DNA of 64,000 nucleotides from an uncultured Candidatus Bathyarchaeia archaeon (GTDB taxonomy: Archaea; Thermoproteota; Bathyarchaeia; TCS64), in assembly GCA_964487465.1 (NCBI GenBank), contig CAZAQI010000001.1, positions 1,768 to 65,767 of the forward strand, read 5' to 3'. Made by a program: the position numbers and the translations under genes. Below, one piece after another: positions 37,255-47,071 of this stretch. The notes under the pieces are model-generated. The model was not told the origin of the DNA and ran no database searches. It was given only the letters and a program-made list of their open reading frames with translations. The stretch's first letter is position 1, and each line of letters opens with the position of its first letter.

Positions 37255-38231
37255 ATGAAGGTTTTAGTGGTTTACAAGGGGCTCGCGGAGCGTATACAGG
37301 AGCGTTTACCCGATGATATTGAGGTAGTCTACCCGGAGAAAGGTACTGATGAGGAATTGGTCGAGTTAGCGAGAGACGTGGAGGTTATAGTCTCAACACG
37401 GTTATCACCTATTGTAGCGGAGAATGCATCGAAGCTTAAGCTACTCCAGAAGACCGGGGCGGGGGTTGACGATATGCCCTTCGAAGCCTTAAGACCTGAG
37501 ACCTATATGGCTAACACCAGTGGAAGTAACCCGCTGCCATTGGCTGAGGGAGCAGTAGCCCTTCTACTAGCCTTAGCCAAAAGGATAGTGCCAAGGCATA
37601 ATGAGTTTCTAGAGGGGCGAGAGGATAAACGAGGAGTACTGTTTCACGGAATGACAGCGGAATACTTGGTATGGGCTCCATAGGTGTTGAGGTTGCAAAG
37701 ATGCTTAAGAGCCTGGGAATGAAGGTTATCGCTACTAGGAGGAAAAGGGATGAGAAGCTAAGAGATGAGCTAGGTTTGGAGTGGCTTGGTGGCCAAGACG
37801 ACTTGGACCATTTAATGCGTGAATCCGACTTCTTGGTGATCACAATACCATTAACACCAGACACTAAGAGGTTAATTGGTGAAAAAGAGATTAGAGCGAT
37901 GAAAAAGGGCTCGTATATAGTGAACGTGGCTCGGGGAGCAATTATACAAGAGAGACCACTTTACGAGGCCTTGAAAGATGGTCACCTCGCTGGAGCTGCA
38001 TTAGATGTCTGGTGGCAGCCTCACTTTTGGGACCCTCTGTGGAATACTGAGGGTAAGCCGCCTTCAGCGTATCCTTTCTGGGAACTGGATAACGTCATCT
38101 GTACTCCGCATAATATCGTTTTTACTGATCATCAGAGCGATGCATCACTAGAGATCATGGTGGAGAACATTGAACGGGTCCAGGAAGGTAAGACACCTAT
38201 CAACTTGGTGGATAAACAGCTCAGGTATTAA
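37255..38231 (+). pseudogene. D-isomer-specific 2-hydroxyacid dehydrogenase, frameshifted (single-base deletion in a G-run; may be a sequencing artefact)
   Basis: ORF 37255-37683 ends ...RGVLFHGMTAEYLVWAP*. ORF 37671-38231 continues in the +1 frame with GMGSIGVEVAKMLKSLGMKVIA. Inserting one G at 37658-37660 (gcgg|aat) gives LFHGMTAGILGMGSIGVEVAK, a perfect L-x2-G-x-T-x-GIxGxGxIG NAD-binding motif. Downstream the catalytic region is intact (VARGAIIQE...H near the C-terminus). Confidence 0.7.
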
Positions 38232-38346
38232 TGTGTGCCTTACCCTAGCCATCTTTTTCAACAAGATATATCCCTAGAACGCTTCTAGATGATATAGATA
38301 CAAGAAAAGTAGACGGCTTATCCTAGTTTCTTAGATTTATAATGAG

Positions 38347-38424
38347 TGGTGGGCCGGGCCGGATTTGAACAGGCGATTACCGCGATGTGAACGCGGTGTC
38401 CTAGCCAGACTAGACCACCGGCCC
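38347..38424 (-). tRNA. tRNA-Val (anticodon CAC), encoded CCA
   Basis: Reverse complement folds as acceptor GGGCCGG/CCGGCCC, D-arm GUCU...GGAC, anticodon stem CCGCG/CGCGG with loop UUCACAU, T-loop UUCAAAU, discriminator A and CCA. One U.C mismatch in the T-stem. Confidence 0.8.
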
Positions 38425-38548
38425 ACTCCATCCCAATAAGAATCGTGTAAGATAAAATTCTTTCTCAAGACTGGTTTCGAATTACTTTGCTATATAAGTG
38501 CTGGTTACGATTTAGTAGTTGATTAATTTGGCTAATGAAGGGCATGAT

Positions 38549-40552
38549 ATGAAGAAAGAGATGATGAAACACGAGGGTAAGAATCATCACGCCAAGATGG
38601 AGCAGGATTTTAAGCGAAGATTCTTCGTCTCGCTACTAATCACAATACCTATACTAGTTCTCTCACCGACGATCCAGGACTGGTTTAACTTCACCGTGCC
38701 CAGATTCACAGGATATGATTATATCTTATTTGGACTCGCAACCATCATCGCCCTATATGGTGGTTGGCCTTTCTACAAGGGAGCAAAGCAGGATCTTGAA
38801 CGGGGTGTTCTTGGCATGATGGTTTTGGTGAGTATAGCCGTGGGGACAGGTTATCTGTTCAGCGTGGCTGCCACATTCATATTAACTGATGTGGTGGATT
38901 TCTATTGGGAGATAAGTACACTTGTAGTATTCCTCCTGTTTGGGCACTGGATGGAGATGAGGATGACTCGGAGAGCCACCGGCGCACTTGAGGAACTGGT
39001 GAAGCTGATTCCCCCCACCGCCAACAGGGTTGAGGATGATGAGATCTTAGAAGTGTCCACAGATGATGTTGAGGTCGGCGATGTGCTGCTTGTTCGACCA
39101 GGAGAAAAAATACCAATAGACGGAGTTATAATTGAGGGAGAATCTGCCCTTGATGAATCTATGATAACCGGTGAGAGCAAGCCCGTAGCCAAGGGGGAGG
39201 GAGAGGAGGTTATCGGGGGGACGATAAACACCACTGGGGCGTTGAGGATCAAGATAGAGAAGACAAGTGAAGAGACAGCACTTGCTCAGATCATCCAGTT
39301 AATGGAGGAGGTGCAGGAATCAAAGCCACCCACACAGAAGCTGGCGGATAGAGCTGCACACTATCTCACCATCACAGCGATCACGGTCGGGCTGGGTAGC
39401 TTTATTTACTGGAACTACTTCGGGGGAGAGGGCATCGTGTTCGCCTTAACCACCATGGTTACCGTGACTGTCATCGCGTGTCCTCACGCTCTGGGGCTGG
39501 CGATTCCTACGGTTACAGCCATCTCGACGACGTTGGCCGCGAGTAATGGGATTCTTGTGAAAAACGCTGATGCCTTGGAGGTTGGGGAGAAGATCGATAC
39601 CATCATCTTTGATAAGACAGGTACTCTCACGAAGGGAACCTTCAGCGTTACAGACATCATACCATCAGCGGATACGAGCGAGGAGGAGCTACTAAGATAC
39701 GTTGCATCGCTGGAATATGAGTCGGAGCATCCTATAGGGAAAGCCTTGAATGAAGCAGCCAAGGGGAGGGGGATCGAATTACATGACACTCAGGGATTTG
39801 AAGCAATATCAGGGCACGGAGTCAGGGGCATCGTTAAAGGTAGGAAGATGACCGCCGGTACATTAAAGCTAATGAATGATATGGGTAAAAGCATCTCGGA
39901 AGAATTGTTGGAGAAGGGTGAACGGCTCTATGATGAAGCTAAGACTTTGAGCTATATCGCAATCGAGGATGAGGTGGTGGGGATTGTCGCATTCTTTGAT
40001 GAATTGAAGGATAGTAGTCTCAAGGCTATAGAAGAGCTACATGCGTTAGGCAAAGAGATAATCATGATAACAGGTGACAACGAGCGCACAGCCCAGGTCA
40101 TCGCAGAGAAAGCCGGGATAGACGACTACCTAGCAGAGGTCCTGCCCGAGGATAAGGCTAGTGAGGTGAAAAAGGTTCAGGATGCAGGTAAAAAGGTGGC
40201 CATGGTGGGTGATGGTATTAATGATGCGCCTGCTCTCGTACAGGCAGATGTTGGAATAGCCATCGGTGCGGGTACAGATGTGGCTATAGAGTCCGCGGAT
40301 ATCGTCTTGATTAAAAATGAGCCTGGTGACGTCTTGAAGCTTATCAGGTTAAGTAAGGCAACCATGCGGAAGATGAAGGAAAACCTAGTCTGGGCCTCGG
40401 GGTATAACGCGATAGCTATACCTGTAGCAGCTGGGATACTGATGCCATGGAACATTACCCTGAGACCAGAGGTTGGTGCATTGATAATGTCAGCAAGCTC
40501 AATAATCGTTGTTGCAAACGCGTTGCTTCTAAGGAACGAGAAAATAGACTAG
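38549..40552 (+). CDS. copB: heavy-metal P1B-type ATPase, CopB-like (CPH motif, His-rich N-terminus)
   Basis: His-rich MKKEMMKHEGKNHHAK N-terminus with no HMA domain. TM6 has CPH (VIACPHALGLAIPT), not CPC. DKTGTLT, TGDN and GDGINDAPAL motifs are present. The ATG at 38549 is preferred over the TTG at 38519. Confidence 0.85.
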   Translation: MKKEMMKHEGKNHHAKMEQDFKRRFFVSLLITIPILVLSPTIQDWFNFTVPRFTGYDYILFGLATIIALYGGWPFYKGAKQDLERGVLGMMVLVSIAVGTGYLFSVAATFILTDVVDFYWEISTLVVFLLFGHWMEMRMTRRATGALEELVKLIPPTANRVEDDEILEVSTDDVEVGDVLLVRPGEKIPIDGVIIEGESALDESMITGESKPVAKGEGEEVIGGTINTTGALRIKIEKTSEETALAQIIQLMEEVQESKPPTQKLADRAAHYLTITAITVGLGSFIYWNYFGGEGIVFALTTMVTVTVIACPHALGLAIPTVTAISTTLAASNGILVKNADALEVGEKIDTIIFDKTGTLTKGTFSVTDIIPSADTSEEELLRYVASLEYESEHPIGKALNEAAKGRGIELHDTQGFEAISGHGVRGIVKGRKMTAGTLKLMNDMGKSISEELLEKGERLYDEAKTLSYIAIEDEVVGIVAFFDELKDSSLKAIEELHALGKEIIMITGDNERTAQVIAEKAGIDDYLAEVLPEDKASEVKKVQDAGKKVAMVGDGINDAPALVQADVGIAIGAGTDVAIESADIVLIKNEPGDVLKLIRLSKATMRKMKENLVWASGYNAIAIPVAAGILMPWNITLRPEVGALIMSASSIIVVANALLLRNEKID

Positions 40553-41475
40553 ACTGGTGTTAACCAGTCGCTGTATTTTGGTACGTTGCCTGCCAATATC
40601 TCAGAGTAGTATTCCGCTACCTCGGTTGTTATAGGTCCAGGGTACTCGTTCCCGAACTTTATGTCATCAATACTGGCGACTGGTGTACACTCACCGCCGG
40701 TACCGCAGAGGAAAACCTCATCACATGCGTAAAGCTCCACACGGGTAACATCTCTTACCTCAATCGGGTAACCTAGATCTGGTATAAACTCGATAAACGC
40801 GCCCCGGGTAACAGACTCCAGTATACTAGCGGTAACAGGTGGAGTAAACACCTTTCCATCCCTGACCATCATCAAACACGCTAAAGTAGCCTCCGAGACA
40901 AACCCGCGTCTATCAAGGAAAACCGCGTTATCATACCCACAGCGCCTAGCCTCACGGATCGCGTGCATACTGTTCAAATAATTCGCCCAGCTCTTAGCCT
41001 GAGGTGGCATAGCATCACTGCTGATCCGGGTCCAGCTGCTTACCATGAACCTACGTTCCTCAGCGAATTTTGGGTTATCTTTGCCTAATAGCGTCTCAAA
41101 TGGCCAGACGGGTACCACTACGTGGCTGTCATCGCTACCCCAGGAGCCTTTCGGCCAGACCCTGGGCTGGATATACGTGTTCTCATCGTAGTCATTCCTG
41201 ATTATACATGCCCGTACAGCCTCCAGTAACTCATCCCGGGTATAAGGCATAGCCAAGCCGTTAACCTCGGCACTTCTCCAGAGTCTGTCAATATGCTGCT
41301 CCCAGCCGAAGATGTTCAGCTCACCCTTACCCAGCACATCACCGGCAGCGTAAGCCTTTATCCCCTCAAATATACCCAGATGGATACTCTCCATAGGTGA
41401 GACCAGCGCCTCACTGGTGGGTATAACTTTACCATTCATCCAGCAGTACTTTGAACCATGAAATCCTGCACTCAT
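40549..41475 (-). CDS. class IV PLP-dependent aminotransferase (branched-chain amino acid aminotransferase-like)
   Basis: Fold-type IV motifs (EGIKAY, EVFLCGTGGECTPVASID). Confidence 0.75.
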   Translation of the reverse strand: MSAGFHGSKYCWMNGKVIPTSEALVSPMESIHLGIFEGIKAYAAGDVLGKGELNIFGWEQHIDRLWRSAEVNGLAMPYTRDELLEAVRACIIRNDYDENTYIQPRVWPKGSWGSDDSHVVVPVWPFETLLGKDNPKFAEERRFMVSSWTRISSDAMPPQAKSWANYLNSMHAIREARRCGYDNAVFLDRRGFVSEATLACLMMVRDGKVFTPPVTASILESVTRGAFIEFIPDLGYPIEVRDVTRVELYACDEVFLCGTGGECTPVASIDDIKFGNEYPGPITTEVAEYYSEILAGNVPKYSDWLTPV

Positions 41476-41538
41476 ATTAAAAGAAACACCATGTGGAGTT
41501 ATAGCAATTTCTAAAACATAGTGGGTTAAGAGCGTATT

Positions 41539-41895
41539 ATGCCCGTTGAAGGATACAAAGCCTCAGTGGTAATCAGAGAAAAGAAAACCTGTGAAGCCGC
41601 CGTGGAGGAGGCTAGACGATTCAAAGACTGCCCCCATCTAGTAGCATATGGTCTGAGGGGGAGAAAGATAATCTCCGTGTTCATGGTCCCCGATGAACTA
41701 GAGTGGTGGATAAACTACTCGGAACTATTCCCAGACAGTGAATCAGAAACCATACTAATAGACGAAATCTACTACCCTGAAGAACCCAGAGAGATAAAAA
41801 TATCTGACACCCCGCCATGTGGGGCAGAGTGCACAGATTGTCCATTCAAGATAAAACATGGGTGTAGTGGCTGCGTAGCCACTACGGGAGATTAA
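41539..41895 (+). CDS. hypothetical protein with Cys-rich C-terminus (PPCGAECTDCP...HGCSGC)
   Basis: 118 aa; clean ORF; no family recognised. Confidence 0.4.
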   Translation: MPVEGYKASVVIREKKTCEAAVEEARRFKDCPHLVAYGLRGRKIISVFMVPDELEWWINYSELFPDSESETILIDEIYYPEEPREIKISDTPPCGAECTDCPFKIKHGCSGCVATTGD

Positions 41896-42908
41896 CCTAT
41901 AACCTCTTTGAAGACCCGCATATGGTTACCGCCTAGGATCTTCATGATATCCTCGTCGCTGTAACCACGCTGAACAAGAACCCGGGTAACGTTAGGCGTC
42001 TTATCAACACTCTCCAGACCCTCTGGTGGTGGCCCTATGCCATCAAAGTCCGAGCCCAGACCCACGTGGTCGGGTCCAACCAGTTCCACTATGTGGTCAA
42101 TATGGTCAACCATATCGTTAATGGTGACATCTTCTCCGCCTTCCTTAATGAAAGCTGGAGCATAGTTCATACCAAGAACACCACCATGATCAGCTATCGC
42201 CTCAATCATATCATCAGTACAGTTACGAGGATGATCACAGAGAGCCCTAGCATTACTGTGACTGGCGATGAAGGGCCCATCCATAAGATCAGCTACATCC
42301 CAGAAGACACTATCAGCAAGGTGGCTTACATCGAAGATCATACCCAGCTTATTCATCTCCTCAAGAGCCTCTACGCCTAGCTCAGGTAGCTTGCTCTCAG
42401 CTCGTTTGGCTCCTAGTCCATCCGCGAAGGGGGTTCTATAGTTCCACGCGAAGCTTAGCATCCTTACGCCGAGCCTGTAGAAGACTCTCAACAAGGCGAT
42501 GTCCCCCATTAGGGGTTCCGCTCCCTCGATGCTGAGTAATCCACATACTTTCCCCTCCTTTTTAGCGTGCACTATCTCACCGTGGGTGGTTACTGTCACT
42601 ATCTCGGGGTTGGCATCGATCTGGGTATAGAACTTGTCCACCATCTGGAGAGCCCTTAATGTGGCATCTGGTACGATGGGTGCTCTACCAGTGTATATGG
42701 CGAAGGTCTGGCAGGTAAGCCCGCCCTCAATCATCCGTGGAAGATCCAGGTGTCCTCTCTCGCTTCTTTCTCCCAGTGTACGTGCTTTTGGTAGTGGCCA
42801 TGGCTGCTTGAGGAAGTGCCCCAGGGTGTCACAGTGGGTGTCAACTATTATGGCTTTCCTGTGAAGTCTCATGGCTCGTTCTTCTTGAGCTTCATTTAAC
42901 TCTATCAT
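41892..42908 (-). CDS. membrane (renal-type) dipeptidase, peptidase family M19
   Basis: DTHCDTL near the N-terminus, FDVSHLADSVF, and overall M19 TIM-barrel motifs. Confidence 0.8.
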   Translation of the reverse strand: MIELNEAQEERAMRLHRKAIIVDTHCDTLGHFLKQPWPLPKARTLGERSERGHLDLPRMIEGGLTCQTFAIYTGRAPIVPDATLRALQMVDKFYTQIDANPEIVTVTTHGEIVHAKKEGKVCGLLSIEGAEPLMGDIALLRVFYRLGVRMLSFAWNYRTPFADGLGAKRAESKLPELGVEALEEMNKLGMIFDVSHLADSVFWDVADLMDGPFIASHSNARALCDHPRNCTDDMIEAIADHGGVLGMNYAPAFIKEGGEDVTINDMVDHIDHIVELVGPDHVGLGSDFDGIGPPPEGLESVDKTPNVTRVLVQRGYSDEDIMKILGGNHMRVFKEVIG

Positions 42909-43110
42909 GGGTTAGAATAGGTGTAGGGGGTTATTACCTTTTTTCAATAAATGATCAATACTATATATTCACAAGAGACGCATCAAATGAACCAGAAATA
43001 GACGCGATGACACCTGTACGCTAATACTTTACTGTAACCGGAAACCCGATTCCTTTAGTCAATGTTTAAAAATGAGGCTAAGCTAAGAAGACAGAGTCCG
43101 AGGAAAAACG

Positions 43111-45165
43111 ATGCTCATCCGTGAGGTAATACTAGAGAACTTTATGTCATACGAGTACGCCAGAGTACCCCTGAAAGAAGGGGTGAACGTGGTCTGCGGC
43201 CCCAACGGATCCGGGAAAAGCAGTCTACTACTGGGGATATGCGTCGCCCTCGGAGACACTTATACGGAAAGATCAAAGAAACTCAGCGACCTCATCAGAT
43301 GGGGGAGCGAGACAGCCAGGGTCACACTGATACTGGATAACACGTTTGGAGAGAACGGTTACAGACCAGTTCCCCAGTATAATATGGATGAGATTACACT
43401 CACAAGAACCCTGAGGGTAGATGGAAAATATGGTTTTAGGGTTAACCAGAGAAACGTGACCAAGGCGGAGGTAATGGGGCTTCTGCGAACCTATGGCTTC
43501 GACCCCACTAATATGCTGATAATCATGCATCAAGCCATGCCCAGCAAGTTCGCTAACATAAACCCCAAGGAGAGACTTCAGATATTGGAGGAAGCAGTGG
43601 GCTTCGATACATTCAGGGAAGACGTGATAGAGGCGAAGAAAAAACTCAGCGGGGTGCTGAGCGAGGAGGAGAGTCTCGGTAACTTGCTGAATCAAGCAAG
43701 GGAGACACTAAATTACTGGCGTGAACAGAATGAACGCCTTCAGGAGAAAAAGCAGTTAGATAAGAGACAGACGTTTCTACAGCAGGAGATGGCTTGGAGT
43801 AGGGTAATGTCCATGGAGGAACAGGTGGAGAAACTCCAAGAACAGCTAAAGGATACGGAAAAGGAGCTGTTTGAAGCAGAGGAGGAGATGGAGCAGAACA
43901 CCAAGCTAATAGTGGACAGCGAGCAAATGCTCCAGAATCTAAGAACCCAGCGGGAAGACCTCATCGAGAAACGTATCGAATCAGAGAGGATCGTCGGGGT
44001 AAGCGAACACAGCATCAACACGGCTAAAGACAGGCTCAATCAGCTAGAAGATAATATACTGGAGAGCAATCAACAGAGAAGACGATTCGAAACCAGCTAC
44101 AAGAACCTTTTAAACCAGCTAGAGATGGGCCCCACCAAGCTGGATGACTACTTCAAGCTCTTTGAGGAGCTAGAGGAGACACAGGTAGAGACATATGAGA
44201 ACCTAAGCAATCAGTTTCACGCACAGAGAAACACGATCCAGACCCAGTTAGAGACATATACTCGGCGGTTAACCACAGCAGAGGAAGAAGCCCAGAAAAT
44301 AGTAACAGAGATAAATCAACTGCGTGGGAGAATCGATAAAGCAAATGATCAATACATCGATAGTAGAATCAACCTGGCGTTACTGAAGGATCGGCGCCAA
44401 CGCCTGAACCGTAGAGTAGAGGCATTAAAGGCAGAGATGGATAGGGCTAACCGTGACCTGAATGACGCTGAAGCGGAGGCATTAATCAAAGGGCAGCGGA
44501 TCGAGACAGGGAGAACCGGGGAAGAGATTCTTAACGAGATAAGAAAGACTCAGGGAATCCTCATGGGGATGTCCAATATACCTGATGAAGCTGAGGAGAT
44601 GTACGAGAGCTACAACGAGACATTCAAAGAGATACAGCAGCGAATCGAGGAAGTAAAAGAGAACCGCCGTAAAATACTCAAGGAGATCGAGGAACGAAAC
44701 AAGAAATGGAGACAGGTAACAGAGAAACTCCTCGACGACGTTAATATACGGTACAAGGAGTTACTAAAGAGACTTCAGGCGAACGGAGAAGTCAGATTAA
44801 TCGACAGCCACGACATCGAAGAAGCAGGATTAGAGATATTCGTAGGGTTCAAAGGTGCTCCACCCAGCAGACTCGACCCGTACACGCATAGTGGTGGAGA
44901 GCGGAGCAGCAGCGTTATGGCGTTCCTGCTCTCACTACAACAAAATGTATTGAGCCCTTTCAGGGCTGTGGACGAGTTCGATCTCCACATGGATCCCCAG
45001 AATAAGGAGGCGGTTAGTGAGTTCATCGTGCAGACCATGGAGGGCACTGATGACCAGTACATGGCTATTACCCCTAGCCAGATTACCTTCAAGGGGAAAG
45101 ATGTGCACATTATCATGGTTCATAAAACGGAGACGGTCTCAGAGCCCACTGTAGTGGAGGAATAA
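43111..45165 (+). CDS. SMC-like ABC ATPase, hinge-less (684 aa): head-coiled coil-short apex-coiled coil-head
   Basis: Walker A GPNGSGKSS (31-38). Q-loop IIMHQAM. A roughly 390-aa heptad-rich coiled-coil region with a Gly-Pro break (LEMGPTKLDDY, residues 338-347) exactly at the protein midpoint and no hinge domain or CxxC hook. Signature THSGGERSS, Walker B VDEFDLHMD, H-loop VHIIMVHK. Confidence 0.75.
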   Translation: MLIREVILENFMSYEYARVPLKEGVNVVCGPNGSGKSSLLLGICVALGDTYTERSKKLSDLIRWGSETARVTLILDNTFGENGYRPVPQYNMDEITLTRTLRVDGKYGFRVNQRNVTKAEVMGLLRTYGFDPTNMLIIMHQAMPSKFANINPKERLQILEEAVGFDTFREDVIEAKKKLSGVLSEEESLGNLLNQARETLNYWREQNERLQEKKQLDKRQTFLQQEMAWSRVMSMEEQVEKLQEQLKDTEKELFEAEEEMEQNTKLIVDSEQMLQNLRTQREDLIEKRIESERIVGVSEHSINTAKDRLNQLEDNILESNQQRRRFETSYKNLLNQLEMGPTKLDDYFKLFEELEETQVETYENLSNQFHAQRNTIQTQLETYTRRLTTAEEEAQKIVTEINQLRGRIDKANDQYIDSRINLALLKDRRQRLNRRVEALKAEMDRANRDLNDAEAEALIKGQRIETGRTGEEILNEIRKTQGILMGMSNIPDEAEEMYESYNETFKEIQQRIEEVKENRRKILKEIEERNKKWRQVTEKLLDDVNIRYKELLKRLQANGEVRLIDSHDIEEAGLEIFVGFKGAPPSRLDPYTHSGGERSSSVMAFLLSLQQNVLSPFRAVDEFDLHMDPQNKEAVSEFIVQTMEGTDDQYMAITPSQITFKGKDVHIIMVHKTETVSEPTVVEE

Positions 45166-45166
45166 G

Positions 45167-45940
45167 ATGAGTGAGCTTGAGAGCGTCATAAACCTATGCA
45201 GGATGGTTCAGAGCGGTAAGATAGAGCCATTTGACATCGACTTCGACTATGTGATGAGCGTCATCAAGAAACATTATCCTAACATTAAGAACCCTAAGGA
45301 TTTCTGCTTAGACGCTGAGGCGCTGAGGGAGCTCAGTAACGTGCTTGAGCGCCAGAACCAGTGGATAGAGCACAAGTCCACGACGCTATACAAGGACCCA
45401 TTCATGCTGAGCCAGAGCCTATTAGCATTGGATATCGGAGCCATCGCGGATCTATTTCTCAGAACATGGCATCCATTGGTGGAGTTGGAGCAGATGAGCG
45501 CAGGCACTCTGGGAGCTAGCCTCGGGTACTGGGGGGACCTCGTTCCCATCGATGAGAGATGGCAAGACGAGGAGGTGGAGGAGAGAGAGACAGGCAGGAC
45601 CACCCGTGACGAGGTGCGGCGGATGGGGTTACTGCCAGAGGAAGGATTTACTGAGGTGATAGAGAAACTCTGGCAGGAGCTTGAGGAAAAAGTGGGATCT
45701 GGTGGGAGTATCGATTACTGGGACTGGATCGGTGCAGACACCTACGAGGAGACTGTTAACAGGGCTTATCTAACCGTATTCATGGTGGGTTACGGGTACG
45801 CGGGCGTCGAGTGGGACCAGTTAATGGATGAATACACTATTATCCATAAAGAGGAGCCCATACCGGACCCTGAGCAGGGAAAAGTAAGCCTACCAGTGCT
45901 AGTAGATTATGAGGAGTGGAAACTATGGCGAAACGAGTAA
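45167..45940 (+). CDS. kleisin-like protein (ScpA-like N-terminal and C-terminal winged-helix regions), tentative
   Basis: It starts 2 nt after the SMC-like stop. The N-terminus LESVINLCRMVQSGKIEPFDIDFDYVMSVIKKHY resembles the ScpA LDLLLHLI...IDIYDIPIAEITEQYL motif. The C-terminal TVNRAYLTVFMVGYGYAGVEWDQLMDEYTI resembles the ScpA WHD (FLALLELvk...leQ). Acidic linker in the middle. Confidence 0.5.
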   Translation: MSELESVINLCRMVQSGKIEPFDIDFDYVMSVIKKHYPNIKNPKDFCLDAEALRELSNVLERQNQWIEHKSTTLYKDPFMLSQSLLALDIGAIADLFLRTWHPLVELEQMSAGTLGASLGYWGDLVPIDERWQDEEVEERETGRTTRDEVRRMGLLPEEGFTEVIEKLWQELEEKVGSGGSIDYWDWIGADTYEETVNRAYLTVFMVGYGYAGVEWDQLMDEYTIIHKEEPIPDPEQGKVSLPVLVDYEEWKLWRNE

Positions 45941-46521
45941 GCAAGGCAGAGCAGCATTATCAACGTAAACTCAAGGACGCAGTGCATCTATTATTCTTCA
46001 CGCATCATAAATTACCCGGGGTTAGAGGCTGGGAGTTACGAAAGGAACTGGGATCCGACTGGCAGAACATCCTTGAGGTATTGGATAAACAGCTCCAACC
46101 ATTTGACCTCCAGGTCACCAGAGTACTTGATGACCCGGATATCGTTGACCCCACCAGTTCTCAGCTTCAGGACGCCAGATATTATATCACAATGAGAGGG
46201 ACCGTGGACCAGAAGACAGCCAAGACCATTGGGTGGCGTATAGATGATATCGCCGGATTAGCTGTATCCGTTGCTTATATTATCTCCAAGCAGGGAAAAT
46301 CCAGTAGACAGGACGTGGAGAGGGTTCTGGAGGAGAAGCTTCCCGGGTGGAGGGTGAAACTAAATATTGATCGTTACATCAATCAGGGGTATCTTGGTGA
46401 GGATGATCAGGGTATGCTATATCTTGATTGGCGTAGCAGAGCTGAGATAGACTCCAAGAAACTAGTGGACCTTGTGGTTAGCTATGGTAAAAGAGAGCAG
46501 GAAAAAACATCTAACGAATAG
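45925..46521 (+). CDS. tandem winged-helix (kite / ScpB-like) protein, tentative
   Basis: About 198 aa with two WH-like units: HLLFFTHHKLPGVRGWELRKELG... and LAVSVAYIISKQGKSSRQDVERVLEEKLPGWRVKLNIDRYINQGYL. It overlaps the kleisin-like stop by 16 nt. The ORF track offers a GTG start at 45916. Confidence 0.5.
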   Translation: MAKRVSKAEQHYQRKLKDAVHLLFFTHHKLPGVRGWELRKELGSDWQNILEVLDKQLQPFDLQVTRVLDDPDIVDPTSSQLQDARYYITMRGTVDQKTAKTIGWRIDDIAGLAVSVAYIISKQGKSSRQDVERVLEEKLPGWRVKLNIDRYINQGYLGEDDQGMLYLDWRSRAEIDSKKLVDLVVSYGKREQEKTSNE

Positions 46522-47056
46522 TCGTGATAGTGTAGCGGCATTTCAATGGTGTTTCGCTGATAATCTCCATCTCACAGGTGTGTTCCTCCCCGTTAACAGT
46601 ATCAAAGATACCTGTTAGAAACCCTTTAGTGAATGGATTCAGGTTCTCCATCTCTTCCTTTATACCCATTTTTGTGAAGAACCCGTTCTCCTCAATTATA
46701 GTTATTTCATCCTTTTCTAGTGACGCCGTATCAGAGTTCTCGATAGTCATCCGGCCCCATCCAGCCATATATATGTTCTTGAAGATATTCTTCAGGCCCT
46801 CTAACTTGTTTGGGGTTTTTTTCAGAAGGTCTCCGTAACTTATCCCCACACCCATGCCACTCTGGTACATGAATACACCTGTTGCGCTGCCGAAGTGTTC
46901 AGTTAGGTTTTCAACTATGCTGTGGATCATGGTTTCTCCTATTAGTACGAACCTGTAATCCACGTTTATGTTGCTCCATTCACCGGTTTCAGGATTAAAC
47001 TTGAAAAAGTCCTCAGGTTTCATATTTAGGGGTTGTAGTAATACCGTATAAACCAT
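46511..47056 (-). CDS. V4R domain-containing protein
   Basis: C-terminal NPFTKGFLTGIFDTVNGEEHTCEMEIISETPLKCRYTIT matches the 4-vinyl-reductase domain pattern (...GxxxGxxx...C...C). Confidence 0.5.
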   Translation of the reverse strand: MVYTVLLQPLNMKPEDFFKFNPETGEWSNINVDYRFVLIGETMIHSIVENLTEHFGSATGVFMYQSGMGVGISYGDLLKKTPNKLEGLKNIFKNIYMAGWGRMTIENSDTASLEKDEITIIEENGFFTKMGIKEEMENLNPFTKGFLTGIFDTVNGEEHTCEMEIISETPLKCRYTITTIR

Positions 47057-47071
47057 AGGATGAAAATAAAA

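Noticed and set aside
40549-41475. Possibility that the class IV aminotransferase belongs with the CopB ATPase because of the 4-nt overlap
   Set aside because: The genes are convergent (tail-to-tail overlap), so no operonic relationship is implied.
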